DNA of 64,000 nucleotides from Candidatus Gottesmanbacteria bacterium (GCA_963711735.1 CAVQFA010000003.1:18971-82970); one strand, 5' to 3'; positions 33,541 through 44,577 are shown, numbered from the stretch's first letter. Translations and numbers: made by a program. The notes: generated from the letters alone by a model not told the origin.

Positions 33541-34572
33541 CTATTGGACAACGGTAAATTCACCTGTATACATCCCCATCGAACAACTATATGCCAATCT
33601 TCCGGTTTTCGTCGGTGTAAATGTTATTTGAGTCTCTCCGGATGAAGGTAGCGTTTTGGAAATATTAAATTCAGGTATGGTGAATGCACGTGAACAACTC
33701 CGTACATTGTTTGTGACGAGTGTGAGTATCACCGGTGTATTGACCTTCAGTGTGTCAACAGAAGCTTCATACCCGCTATTTGTAACATTAATGGTTACTT
33801 TTTGTGTCCCTTCTGTAACTGTGGGAGGGGGTGAAGAGGGTTTCGCAGTGTCCAATATCGAATAATCACCCTTTGCGATTTTTGATAAATTCTGCAGTGT
33901 ATACAGTGATCCGCGTGCAGTAAAACCCATATTGATTGTCACGATTCCGAACACAAGCACAATCACACCCGCAATCACGGTAAATGCTTTTCTCTGAAAC
34001 AATTCCGTAAGGGTTGCGCCGAGGAGGAAAAATATCGGACTTGTTCCCGCAACAAAAGCAGCCATGAGAAGCGCTCCCTGTACGGGATTTCCGCTTGCGA
34101 CAGCCTGTGCCATCATTCCCTGCGTTATCCCGCAGGGCATAAGGATTGAGAGAAGCCCGAGTAAAGTCGGTGCAAATATCGATGTATTTTTGGATGTTGT
34201 CCGCAGTACTTTATATGACCATCTGGGAGGTGTGATGACAAAATACCGGAAAATAGGATGCACATTGAGAAGCCGGAGAGCCGTGAGGATCATAAATATT
34301 CCGGCAAAAATCTGAATGGAACTTAATATCTTGGGTGTAAACAGAAATGTCGACCCGATAGCTCCGAGGACAAATCCGAGGATCGTATGGGAAATAATTT
34401 TTGCAGTGATAAATGAACCGACGGGAACGATTTTTGATCCCCATGAACGCACCTCGTGCTTCTGGGATCCCTCATCTCCGATTGCTGATGCTAACAGTCC
34501 TCCCTGAACAGCAAGGCAGGAAATGCCGCCTGTAGTGAGTCCTGTCAGAAATGCAAGCCATAGTGTATTCAT
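33541..34572 (-). CDS. DsbD_2/TauE-like membrane protein with C-terminal cupredoxin domain
   Basis: SCLAVQGG, MPCG, C-terminal YSCSMGMYTG. Confidence 0.85.
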   Translation of the reverse strand: MNTLWLAFLTGLTTGGISCLAVQGGLLASAIGDEGSQKHEVRSWGSKIVPVGSFITAKIISHTILGFVLGAIGSTFLFTPKILSSIQIFAGIFMILTALRLLNVHPIFRYFVITPPRWSYKVLRTTSKNTSIFAPTLLGLLSILMPCGITQGMMAQAVASGNPVQGALLMAAFVAGTSPIFFLLGATLTELFQRKAFTVIAGVIVLVFGIVTINMGFTARGSLYTLQNLSKIAKGDYSILDTAKPSSPPPTVTEGTQKVTINVTNSGYEASVDTLKVNTPVILTLVTNNVRSCSRAFTIPEFNISKTLPSSGETQITFTPTKTGRLAYSCSMGMYTGEFTVVQ

Positions 34573-34667
34573 AATATATATCTCCTCGTTATAAACATGC
34601 AGTCGAAGGGGTAAGAATTTTCATCGGTCGGAAAAATTTTTACCACGGGCAAAAGCACGTCAATGAA

Positions 34668-36967
34668 CTATATTTTAACCCTTTTCAGTCTTAAAGAATT
34701 TGTCACGACTGAAACGCTTGATGCCGCCATTGCAATTCCTGCAAACGCAGGAGACAGCAGTATTCCGAACGTCGGATAGAGAATGCCTGCCGCAATCGGT
34801 ATACCGATCACATTATACGCAAATGCCCAAAACAAATTTTCTTTTATGATCGTCATCGTTTTTTTAGACAATCTGATGGCGATTAATACTTTTGCTATAT
34901 CTCCGTGGAGAAGCGTGATATTGGCTGTCGACATGGCAACATCCGTTCCGGTAGAAAGCGCAATACCGACATCAGCGGTTGCGAGTGCGGGTGCATCATT
35001 TACTCCGTCACCGACCATCGCCACTGTTTTACCGTCTGCTTTCAGCTTTTCAATATGATGTGCTTTTTCATCCGGCAGGACTCCTGCAACAACGTGGTCT
35101 ATCCCTGCCTTTTGTGCGATAAAACGTGCAGTTTGTTCGTTGTCCCCAGAAAGCATGACGACAGTTATTCCCTGTTTTTTTAACGTTTCTACTGTGTGTT
35201 TTGCATTATCTTTAAGTGCATCTGCAACAAACACGAGACCTGTTAGGTCATTTCCCTTTGCCAGAAATACGGGTGTCTTCCCTTCCCGTGTTTCATTTTC
35301 AATAATTGTTTGATCGAATGACACATGTGACTCTCTCATAAATGCTCCGTTTCCCGCCCTCCATATCTCACCACCTATCATTCCTTCTACCCCAAGCCCC
35401 CGCACCATACGAAATCCCTCAACCGTGTCGGGTGTGATATTTTCCAGTTTGGCTTTTTCCAAAATAGCATGTGCAATCGGATGTTCCGAATGTTGCTCGA
35501 GTGACGCAAGAATTTTAATTATTTCCTGATCACTGACAACCGGCAACGCACCACTCACAACTTCTACTCCTACCACTTCCGGTTTTCCTTTTGTGAGAGT
35601 TCCCGTTTTATCCATAACAATGGTATTGACACTCCCAAAGCGCTCAAGGCTCTCTGCGTCTTTTATAAGAATTCCGTTTTTTGCCCCTCTGCCTACGGCA
35701 ACTATCATCGCTGTCGGGGTTGCTAGTCCCAATGCGCAGGGACACGCAATTACAAGTACCCCGATGAATGCGGATATTGCGTATGCAAATGCCTGACTTA
35801 CCGGCAGCGTATACACACCGATAAACAGCCACGCTGCTAAGCTTAAAACTGAAATGATAAGTACTGCGGGTACAAATTTGGATGAGATCATATCTGCGAG
35901 ACGTTCAATGGGGGCTTTAGAATTTTGCGCTTCTTCAACCATTGTTGTTATGCGGGATAACATCGTATCTTTCCCGACTTTCGTTGCCCGTATGACAATG
36001 GATCCGTTGATATTCATCGTTGAACCGATAACTGATGCTCCTTGTGTCACATCAACCGGCATTGACTCGCCTGTCACCATCGATTCATCTATGCTGGAAC
36101 TTCCTTCGATTATTTCACCGTCAATGGGTATCTTCGATCCCGGGCTTTACAATGATCATGTCCCCCACCGCACCTCGTTCACCGGAATTTCTTCTTCACC
36201 GGCCGGTCGTTTCACAATTGCAGTCTTTGCAGCAAGTCCGATAAGCTTTTGAAGCGCTTCACCCGTTTTTCGTTTTGATCCTCATTTCAAGGTATTTTCC
36301 GAAGAGAATAAATCCGGTAACAACTATTGTTGCGTCAAAGTAGAATAGGGAGTCGGAAAATCCGATGATAGATGCAATTTTCGGAAAAGAAACATAAATG
36401 ATGAATAAAGATACGCCGCCTGGGTTCCCAAACCCACAAGCGTATCCATGTTTGCAGCTCCGGTTCGGAAAAAACGTAGGACTCCGTCCGTAAATTGTCT
36501 GCCAAAACCCCATATCATTATGCTTGCTGCAATAAATTCGAGAGTTATGAATAACTGCATCGGGATGGGATTCTCAGGAATTCCGGAAAGAAAGCCACTC
36601 CCGTATCCCACATCATGAGGAGAAACATAACAAGCGCAATGGAAAAAGCAGTAATTGCAATATTTTTCTGCCGCAGAAGACTATCTTCCGGCATCTGCTT
36701 GGTTGTTTCATTTGTCAGATCGTGTAAATGATATCCGTACTTGCCAATCGCATGATCCATTTGAGAAGGCCCGACCTTCTCGGTATCATATGTGATTGAC
36801 GCTTTCTCTGTCGCGAAACTCACGACAACGTCTTCTACGCCCGGCAGCCCCTTGAGTGTCCGGTTGATAATGCTTGCACAACTTGCGCAGTGCATGCCGG
36901 TTATCGGAATTGTTATTTTCTGTTTTATAGTATCCTCCACAACTTTTCTCCCAAGTCTCATAGACAT
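34668..36967 (-). CDS. copA: copper-translocating P1B-type ATPase, several apparent frameshifts
   Basis: GMHCASC, ANMDTLV, TGES, CPC, DKTGT, SEHP, GDGVND, YN and MAASS motifs across four ORF pieces. Confidence 0.93.
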
Positions 36968-36968
36968 A

Positions 36969-37253
36969 TTACTTGTTGTACATCTTCATGAGCGTTTTTA
37001 TTTCCTCGATCATTTTCTTTTTCTTATCGTCACTTTTAGAACTCATTCCCTCTGCAAAGCATGTTTCGAGATGATTATTGAGAAGTTGTTCATGAGCGCT
37101 TTTCAGAAGTCCGATAGCTGCTAAATTCTGCTGCATGACATCCACGCAGTACCGGTCTTCATCGAGCATTTTAATGATGGTATCCAGTAAGCTTCGTGCT
37201 TTTTTAAAAGTTATCGCTGTTTGATGCTTTCCGCATGATGCGTGAGTTTCCAT
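36969..37253 (-). CDS. csoR: CsoR/RicR-family copper-sensing repressor
   Basis: RYCVDVMQQ and HLETC (C-H-C ligands). Confidence 0.88.
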   Translation of the reverse strand: METHASCGKHQTAITFKKARSLLDTIIKMLDEDRYCVDVMQQNLAAIGLLKSAHEQLLNNHLETCFAEGMSSKSDDKKKKMIEEIKTLMKMYNK

Positions 37254-37289
37254 AGTTGCTCCTTAATGAGAAATAATATATACTCTTTA

Positions 37290-37312
37290 TACCTATACCC
37301 CAGGTATAGGTA
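37290..37312. promoter_or_regulatory. CsoR-type operator palindrome overlapping the csoR promoter
   Basis: TACCTATACC-CCA-GGTATAGGTA; minus-strand TTGACA at 37321-37316. Confidence 0.8.
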
Positions 37313-37374
37313 GATTGTCAAGAGGAAATTTTTTCGTATTGCTTTATAGAGTGTTCCTTTCTACAATAACAACC

Positions 37375-37855
37375 ATGTCAAAAGGGTCACGTGCCAAGTC
37401 AATAAACCGTATTATATTTGTCCTTTCCCTCGCCGGTGTCATTATGGCTGTATATGTGCTCCAAAGTTTTCTCCGGCAATCCTCCATTATCTGTCTCACG
37501 GGAAGCGGTTGTGAAGTTGTCCGGAAAAGCGCTGTAAGCTGGCCTTTCGGAATCCCCGTCCCTGCTTTCGGGCTCGTTGGATATCTGGGTTTAACCATAC
37601 TTTCATTTCTGAAAACCATACAACATACAATCCATAACCTACAACGTATTAACTAAATATATGATGGGTATCGGTGTTTTTGGTATCTGCTTCGTCACGT
37701 GGTTTACTTCAATGGAACTCTTTGTCATCAAGGGCATCTGTATGTGGTGTGCGATATCCGCGGTAAATATGTATATTATATTTTTTCTATTACTTGCTAC
37801 CATTCGTCTCGAAAAAGGGAAAACAGATGTGTCTGCCCAAAACGAACCGGTATGA
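37375..37855 (+). CDS. vitamin K epoxide reductase (VKOR) family protein, apparent frameshift ~37650
   Basis: CLTGSGCEVVRKS, FGIPVPAFG, then CMWC in the following frame. Confidence 0.85.
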
Positions 37856-38470
37856 TACTCACATCCGAATCCAAGCTCTTTATTGGCGTTTTTGCCTTCA
37901 CGGCATTTCTTATCGGAATTGCCATATTTGCATTTTCCAGACCCCCGAAACCGGTTAGCCAAAGATGTGTTAATTCCGAAAACAGCACAAATGAAAGGAA
38001 ATAAGAATGCATCCGTGTATCTCGTCGAGTTTTCCGATTATCAGTGCCCGGCATGTAAAGCATTTGAGGAGACGGTTGAAAAGATCATCACCTCGTCAAA
38101 CAATAAACTCCTGTTTGTCTACCGCCACTTCCCTCTTGACCAGCATCCGATGGCGCTTCGCTCAGCAATCACCTCGGAGGCTGCCGGACGCCAGGGGAAA
38201 TTCTGGGAAATGCATAATTTGCTTTTTAAAAATCAGGATAAACTGTCCGAAAAGGAATTCCGTGATCTCGCAAATGAGCTTAAGCTTGATATGACGAAGT
38301 TTGAAGCGGATCTCAAAGACCAGAAACTCACCGAAAAGGTCAATTTTGACCGCGCGGACGGACTCAAACTTGGTATCAATGCAACTCCTACATTCTATCT
38401 CAATGGCATGCGGTTGACGCTCAACACGCCTGAAGATCTGTCAAAGGAAATCGAGAAAGTATTGAAATAA
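37852..38470 (+). CDS. DsbA-family thiol-disulfide oxidoreductase, apparent frameshift ~37960
   Basis: N-terminal TM (MILTSESKLFIG) then EFSDYQCPAC, RHFPL, ATPTFYLNG. Confidence 0.9.
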
Positions 38471-38506
38471 TTTTTTTCCAAATCGTATTTATATCAGGTG
38501 AACCAT

Positions 38507-39190
38507 TCAGAGGAACAGTGCCACAGTCATATTCCAGAAAAGGTGAACGAGGATCGGTGCGGCAATTGATCCGAGATATGCATAAAGAACCGAATTGATG
38601 ATGCCGAGCACGAAATTAGTGAGAAAGAAAAGGACGAGCGTCATACCCTGAAACTTAAGCGATGCCACAAGAATCGGAACATGGAGAAGGACAAATAATA
38701 TTGATGAAATGACTGATGCATACGGCAGGTTCTTCGTTTTTTGATAAATTCTGTTGAAAAGAAATCCGCGGTTGAACGTTTCTTCCCAAATCGAGGTTGC
38801 CAGTGAAATAAATAATAAAGGAAATAATCCGTAAGCCTTGAGTGCTTCTATCGGGTTTATGTTAAATGTTCCGTATTTTATGGCGTTAGCAATCACTCCC
38901 TCTATGGCAAACAAAACACCGAATCCGAGTCCTACATACATGGAGACGTAAAGTTTATTTGCCGTAAATCCCAGACTACCGAGCAGTTTTGCTCCCCAGG
39001 TCTTCTCTACCCTTTTGAGATACCAAAGCATGGGGCCTAAAAATACGATCGGTTTAAAGATGTATTCATCTGCCCATTCCGGAAGTTTGAAAAAATAGCG
39101 GTATAAACTCCAAATAAGAAGTGTCCATCCCCAAACCTGAAAGACCGGCTCCAGCGTTGTTGGTACTGCTTGACGCTTTTTTTCTGCCAT
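38507..39190 (-). CDS. CPBP (CAAX/Abi) intramembrane metalloprotease
   Basis: EETFNRG, FVLLH, HLFWN. Confidence 0.9.
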   Translation of the reverse strand: MAEKKRQAVPTTLEPVFQVWGWTLLIWSLYRYFFKLPEWADEYIFKPIVFLGPMLWYLKRVEKTWGAKLLGSLGFTANKLYVSMYVGLGFGVLFAIEGVIANAIKYGTFNINPIEALKAYGLFPLLFISLATSIWEETFNRGFLFNRIYQKTKNLPYASVISSILFVLLHVPILVASLKFQGMTLVLFFLTNFVLGIINSVLYAYLGSIAAPILVHLFWNMTVALFL

Positions 39191-39317
39191 ACTAGTAGCG
39201 TATCGCACCCCCCTTCCGAGTGCAAGAGAGGAAATGAAATATGGTAACACGCTTCAGGATACACGGACCCTGAATCCGTAAATAAGCTGTCAACGAAGAT
39301 GTTACGTTTTTAAATAA

Positions 39318-39989
39318 TTATTCTGCAATGTTTTTCAATTCCTCAACGCCGCCCTCATACTCTTCTTCCGGTTTTTTCCGTTTCTCCCGTCTGTATTTCT
39401 TCTCTCTTTTCCCTTCACCGATGAAACATATGTCCGGTTCTTTGCGGTTCCCCGGTCGTACGGATGTTACCCGTACAGCCTCTTCTGCAGTTGTCATAAT
39501 AAGCTCAATTACAGTTTGTGCCTGATCGCGGGAGAGTGACCGTAGGTTATGGGGAAAGTAGTGAAATACCAGGTTTCGTCCTTCTTTCCATGTGTTCCAC
39601 AGACGGTCGGCCAAGGCTTTGCCGTACTGATTGGCCACCTGCCCATACGCGCTTCGTGTACCCAGACGGGACGCGAGGTATGGACTTAATGCTTTTCCGA
39701 TTCTGAAATGAGTTGAGTAATAATCACGGTCAGTTATGCACTTCAAATCCAGGAAAAGCTGCTTGAGGAATCCTTCGTACATTTTGGCAAACGGAAATAC
39801 CATATAGGAGTAATCTGTCGGTTCCCTGTCTTTATGGATAAGACTGTCCTCAAGAAGAAACATCCCGTCTTCCGCTAGATGCCTTTGCGTTACGGAAAGA
39901 TAGTTCCATAGGGTTCGCCCGCAAATGCCTTCAGAGGTATGTGCGGATATGAACCTGTGTGTCGCATCTTCATTTGAAATATGATTCAT
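39318..39989 (-). CDS. RnlA/RNase LS-like HEPN domain protein
   Basis: DYSYMVFPFAKMYEGFLK and RNLVFH (RX4H). Confidence 0.7.
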   Translation of the reverse strand: MNHISNEDATHRFISAHTSEGICGRTLWNYLSVTQRHLAEDGMFLLEDSLIHKDREPTDYSYMVFPFAKMYEGFLKQLFLDLKCITDRDYYSTHFRIGKALSPYLASRLGTRSAYGQVANQYGKALADRLWNTWKEGRNLVFHYFPHNLRSLSRDQAQTVIELIMTTAEEAVRVTSVRPGNRKEPDICFIGEGKREKKYRREKRKKPEEEYEGGVEELKNIAE

Positions 39990-40031
39990 AGTATCAGTGA
40001 ATGCGATATGGCGGTGATCCTGAATGTATTT

Positions 40032-40523
40032 TCACGGTTGGATAACGATATACGTTTCTAAAAGAAATAATGCGAAAAATATAATGGTAAATATTTGCTG
40101 CTGGCGGACGGATGTCGGGGTTGCAATCATTGTAAACCAACTATTGAGTGTCCCCGTTGACTGCCATTCTCCGAGCATCCAGAGGATGAGCGTTATATAT
40201 ATCGTTCCGACGAGCCCTTTTGCAACAAATCCGACGGATGAAGTTACAACAAAAAGACTCACAACCACAAACCCTCCGACAAAAACGACACTGCGGAACG
40301 GTGAGGGGGTTATGCGGATAAACTCCTCGAAAGCATCAAGGATATAGATCCCGAGAAAACCACCGATTACATAGGTAAGTATTCCCCATTCAGGATGGAG
40401 TCCCCATCGGAAAAAAGCTGTAAGAGCCAAATATATTAGTGAAACCGATAGGAAAAAAAGAGGTTTCTTTCGGATAAAGAGGGTGATTGTCTGTTTAATT
40501 CTCTGAATCTGTATTGTATCCAT
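40032..40523 (-). CDS. hypothetical membrane protein
   Basis: 163 aa with several TM helices. Confidence 0.7.
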   Translation of the reverse strand: MDTIQIQRIKQTITLFIRKKPLFFLSVSLIYLALTAFFRWGLHPEWGILTYVIGGFLGIYILDAFEEFIRITPSPFRSVVFVGGFVVVSLFVVTSSVGFVAKGLVGTIYITLILWMLGEWQSTGTLNSWFTMIATPTSVRQQQIFTIIFFALFLLETYIVIQP

Positions 40524-40634
40524 TACATCTATTATGACGCGAGTTGTGATATGGAATCAACTGTGAGTCCGCGATGTATCAAAAAGAGATGAAATGCCGC
40601 ACGTATATCGCGTGTTTATACATTGAAGCGTGTT

Positions 40635-40904
40635 TTAACGGATTATGAAAGCGTTGTAATTTCCTGATGCATCTCCCCGCGTTACACGGACAGTGTCAAC
40701 GTGTGCTCCGGCCGGACCCATGCGACAGGATGATAAGAGAAGCTCAAGCGATTTCGTTTCCCCTTCTGCAACAGCTTCAACAGTTCCATCGGATCGGTTT
40801 CTGACCCAGCCGGTAAGGTTGAGTTTTTGAGCCTCTTTCCGGACAAAAGCCCGAAACCATACTCCCTGAACAACACCGGAAACGGAAATGTGTATGCTTT
40901 TCAT
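40635..40904 (-). CDS. acyP: acylphosphatase
   Basis: GVVQGVWFR, GWVRN, DGTVE. Confidence 0.95.
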   Translation of the reverse strand: MKSIHISVSGVVQGVWFRAFVRKEAQKLNLTGWVRNRSDGTVEAVAEGETKSLELLLSSCRMGPAGAHVDTVRVTRGDASGNYNAFIIR

Positions 40905-40919
40905 AACCTTTCATATCCT

Positions 40920-41180
40920 CTACTCTTTTCCCTCTTTTAACTGTTTCATCTTCCACATAAAAAGTCGGGCTTTGGATGTGGCGTGGGCGTCTTTGACGAA
41001 CGAATGGGCTTTTTCCAGTATTGCACGCGGTACTGTTTTAGCAAGACGGATATACAGGGATTTATGTTTATAATCCTCAAGCTCTTCAGAAAGATAAATC
41101 CCGTAGGATTGAAACTCACGGGAGATATACTTGTCTTCGACAGGATTGAAATTCGTAAGAATATCACTTATGGATTGCAT
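40920..41180 (-). CDS. small hypothetical protein
   Basis: 86 aa (EFQSYG...YIRLAK...LFMWK), co-oriented between pth and acyP. Confidence 0.75.
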   Translation of the reverse strand: MQSISDILTNFNPVEDKYISREFQSYGIYLSEELEDYKHKSLYIRLAKTVPRAILEKAHSFVKDAHATSKARLFMWKMKQLKEGKE

Positions 41181-41224
41181 AATTGAATTTAGAATTTTTT
41201 GGCCTTCATTCTATAGCTTGTATG

Positions 41225-41815
41225 TTAATTAAACCTGTTCATTGCTTTATCAAGACCCTCATTAATTGCAATGAGTACCGCTTCTGCACCGTTTTTTACA
41301 AGATGTTTAAAAGATCCTGCTTCGCTCATGTGGAACCTCGAAAGAACGTAATCTATGACAAACCTGTGGCGGAGTTTTTTATCGTTATTTACTCCCGTAG
41401 ATTCTTTTCCTCTGCCGGTTCCCAAGCGGAATCGCATGATTTTATCCGTTTTGAGTGCATTCATAATGGAATCCATTCCGTTATGTCCTCCGGCGGCTCC
41501 CTGTCCGCGTATCCGGATTTTCCCTAAGGGCAAATCGATGTCATCATGTATCACCCACACATCAGACGGAGTGAGTTTATAGTAATCAATAAGTTTTTTC
41601 ACTGCATCACCGGAACTGTTCATAAATGTCTGAGGTTTAACGAGAAGCACTTCACCGATTCTGGAAACAAGCGCATTTGCGCGTTTATCCGTCTCCCAAA
41701 GACCGGTTTTCGTACCGAGCTCTTTTGCCAACCGTTCTACCACCATAAATCCTATATTATGGCGTGTGGATTCATATTCCCCGCCGGGATTTCCGAGTCC
41801 TACTATGAGTTTCAT
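41225..41815 (-). CDS. pth: peptidyl-tRNA hydrolase
   Basis: LIVGLGNPG, TRHNIGF, KPQTFMN, HDDID, GGHNG. Confidence 0.97.
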   Translation of the reverse strand: MKLIVGLGNPGGEYESTRHNIGFMVVERLAKELGTKTGLWETDKRANALVSRIGEVLLVKPQTFMNSSGDAVKKLIDYYKLTPSDVWVIHDDIDLPLGKIRIRGQGAAGGHNGMDSIMNALKTDKIMRFRLGTGRGKESTGVNNDKKLRHRFVIDYVLSRFHMSEAGSFKHLVKNGAEAVLIAINEGLDKAMNRFN

Positions 41816-42441
41816 GCTTTTTTGGCAAGAATCGAAAGTACAGTGTCATTTTCCACTGCGTCAAACGACTCATAGAACTCTCCGACGGATTGCAGATCCG
41901 CGGGGCTTTCTAATACTGCCACCTCTTTCACGGAACTTTGTACGCGCGATACGACAATTGACGGAGCAACAGGAAGAGCAAGGACGATATCTTTTACCTT
42001 TTTTGCGTGTACCCATTTTATTGCCGCCTGGATAGTTGCGCCTGTTGCTACACCGTCATCGGTCAATATGACGGTTTTTCGTTCGATGGATACGGGTTTT
42101 TTTACTTTCCTGTAGGCTTGTATAGTTACTTTTACGTCTTTTGAGAGAGTTTCGGATTTTTCTTTGACATACGCTTCATCGGCTCCTACTATGTGCGCGA
42201 GTTTCCAGTCTATATATGTTGCTCCGTCAGGTGCATATGCGCCTATACCGAGTTCCGGATCCTCGGGGCTTGAAATTTTTCTGACAACCAGTACGTCAAA
42301 CGGGATATTGAGTGCCTGAGAAAGAACGGATGCGACGACAACACCGCCGCGTGCAAGTCCTATGATAACTGAATCTGTCTTTTTATACGCCTGAAGTTTT
42401 GCTGCGAGAAGTTTTGCTGCTTGCTCTCGATTCGTAAACAT
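41812..42441 (-). CDS. phosphoribosyltransferase family protein
   Basis: GLARGG, DDGVATGAT, VGEFY. Confidence 0.88.
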   Translation of the reverse strand: MFTNREQAAKLLAAKLQAYKKTDSVIIGLARGGVVVASVLSQALNIPFDVLVVRKISSPEDPELGIGAYAPDGATYIDWKLAHIVGADEAYVKEKSETLSKDVKVTIQAYRKVKKPVSIERKTVILTDDGVATGATIQAAIKWVHAKKVKDIVLALPVAPSIVVSRVQSSVKEVAVLESPADLQSVGEFYESFDAVENDTVLSILAKKA

Positions 42442-42520
42442 ATCGTCGTTGTCATACTAACACAGGGAGGTTCCTTAGTATATATGTATTTTTCAGTATG
42501 ATATGTACTCTCTCATACGC

Positions 42521-42675
42521 AACGAAAGCTTAGCCCTGCCAGAGTACTCTAAGGGTGTGTTCCAAAAATAACCAGAATTGTTATTTTAGATTACGACCCT
42601 TTGTGCCGCATCATTCTTAATTGAGTGTTCATTTCATCTAAGATGCGGCCTATGCGGCAGAACCAAGCTTTCGTT
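42521..42675. ncRNA. putative structured RNA or MITE-like element
   Basis: Closing stem AACGAAAGCTTAGCCCTGCC / GGCAGAACCAAGCTTTCGTT enclosing two long internal hairpins. Confidence 0.45.
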
Positions 42676-42691
42676 TATACAAACATACAAC

Positions 42692-43021
42692 TTATTTCGT
42701 CATCTTTGCAAGTTGTTTTTCCGCGATATCCCCTACGTACGGTACTTTATACATCTCTCCCTGGAATGCTTTCCACATACACAGAATCCAGAGAATAAAT
42801 GCCACAAGAGATAATATGAGTCCGACAAGCCATCCCAGAAGCGGAATAAATCCAAGCGCGATATTTGCTATAAATACACCTCCGAACAGAATGGTCGATT
42901 GCATCGCGTGGAACCGAACAAATTTACTTTCTTTCTCTATAAGGAGAAAAATGATTCCTGTAACAAACCCCAGGAGGTATGTTGCTGCACCCATTAAATT
43001 TTCGTTGCTTTTATCTGCCAT
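42692..43021 (-). CDS. DUF4870 membrane protein
   Basis: YLLG, FVRFHAMQS, YKVPYVG. Confidence 0.88.
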   Translation of the reverse strand: MADKSNENLMGAATYLLGFVTGIIFLLIEKESKFVRFHAMQSTILFGGVFIANIALGFIPLLGWLVGLILSLVAFILWILCMWKAFQGEMYKVPYVGDIAEKQLAKMTK

Positions 43022-43105
43022 AATTTTTCACCTGCCTTTCTATCTCAACGATATCATGACCGAAAATTGCGCGTCAATGAGCAAGATTCCTGATGTTTCT
43101 AGGGA

Positions 43106-44482
43106 TCAGAACAAACCCAGTTGTTCCTTGCTTTTATCCACAAGGGGTTTTTCTTCTCCCTCTTTCCAGATTTTAACAACGCCGAACACTCCGTCATACC
43201 CGGGATCAACGACTATATCACCCGCACGGACTTTCATAATTCCTGCGGCGATTCTGTCTCCGCCTTCACGGCTGATCTCTTCTTTCGATGCAGAGAGAAG
43301 AACTGTAAATTCACTGCCGAATGTATCCGTCAGTTTGGTATATATGGCCTGGGTCTTGGTACTTGCAACCGGTGATCCGATGCATTCAGAGATTATCTCC
43401 TGCAGAGGGACGAGGCTCACAAACAGCGGACGGTCGGGAAACGCATTGCTTTTTGTCATTTTCACCACTTCTCCTTTGTCCGAAAGTTTATAGCTCATGG
43501 ATGATATCTGCAATTCCTCTTCGCTTCTCCCGGACAGCTCTTCTACTCTCTGCATGACTCCCTGAGTAAGCGGCTTCCCGCATACCGGACAGGTTGTTCC
43601 TTTTTTTCTCACTTCCTCGAGTCCGTACCGGATATTACATGTCCTGTGTCCGGTATAGTGATACTTCCCCTCCTCCGGAAAAAATTCGATGGTATATGCA
43701 ACTTTTGCTTTCATCCCTTGAGTATCAGCTTTCATATGATGGCTGATTGCATCGTAAATATGCGAATAGCTGAAACCGGAGAGCCCGATACCGGTTTCAA
43801 ATACCGTTGCTTCCCTCCCGAGCTTGGGTCCTGAGTGTGCATCGGAAAAAGATACGATCGCCCGGCTGTCAAGTTCTTTTATGCGCCAGTTCATATCGGG
43901 GCTTGAAGACAATCCTGTTTCAACAGCATAAATGTGTTTGGCAAACGGACCGAACGCTTCATCGACCGATTCAAATCCGCTCATAAATCCGTACATGCTG
44001 AACCACGGAGTCCATATATGCGCGGGTATGATAAGCGCTTTAGGCTCTATTGTCAGGATAAGTTCTGATAATTCTATGCTTGTAAGTCCGATGATCGGAC
44101 GCCCGTCGCTTAGGAGATTACACCCCCTCTTTGTCATTTCTTTGTTTATTTTTCCGGCAGAATCCAAAGACGGCACCCATACGAGTGTATGCACCCTTCT
44201 CCCCTTTCCGTTCTGGCTATAAATACAGGAGATTTCAGTGGATAATAAAAAAAGCGGTTTTGTATTGTCAGTCTTATCCTGACGTAATGTGAAAAAGCCG
44301 TTTCCCGACTCCACCAGATCCTTCTCTATCTCGCGAAACCACATGGGGTGTGTAAAATCACCGGTTGCTATAAGATCAATCCCTTTCCTCCGCGCCCAGA
44401 GCGCTATATTCGGAAGCGTCATTTCCTTTGATACAGCCCGCGCAAACCTGGAGTGAAGATGAAGATCGGAAATTATTTGCAT
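43106..44482 (-). CDS. PHP-domain endonuclease Q family protein
   Basis: DLHLHS, TGDFTHP, PAHIWTP, SDAHS, GKYH, CPVCGK, PGYDG. Confidence 0.88.
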   Translation of the reverse strand: MQIISDLHLHSRFARAVSKEMTLPNIALWARRKGIDLIATGDFTHPMWFREIEKDLVESGNGFFTLRQDKTDNTKPLFLLSTEISCIYSQNGKGRRVHTLVWVPSLDSAGKINKEMTKRGCNLLSDGRPIIGLTSIELSELILTIEPKALIIPAHIWTPWFSMYGFMSGFESVDEAFGPFAKHIYAVETGLSSSPDMNWRIKELDSRAIVSFSDAHSGPKLGREATVFETGIGLSGFSYSHIYDAISHHMKADTQGMKAKVAYTIEFFPEEGKYHYTGHRTCNIRYGLEEVRKKGTTCPVCGKPLTQGVMQRVEELSGRSEEELQISSMSYKLSDKGEVVKMTKSNAFPDRPLFVSLVPLQEIISECIGSPVASTKTQAIYTKLTDTFGSEFTVLLSASKEEISREGGDRIAAGIMKVRAGDIVVDPGYDGVFGVVKIWKEGEEKPLVDKSKEQLGLF

Positions 44483-44577
44483 GAGATAAACAAAAAATAC
44501 TGATACGCTTAGATATATACGATTTTTTGCAGTATGTCAGTATATGAGCGAAAAATCTGATTATCCGAAACTAATTT

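Noticed and set aside
34610-34645. AT-rich inverted repeat after copA
   Set aside because: Weak imperfect stem; cannot be distinguished from an ordinary intergenic hairpin.
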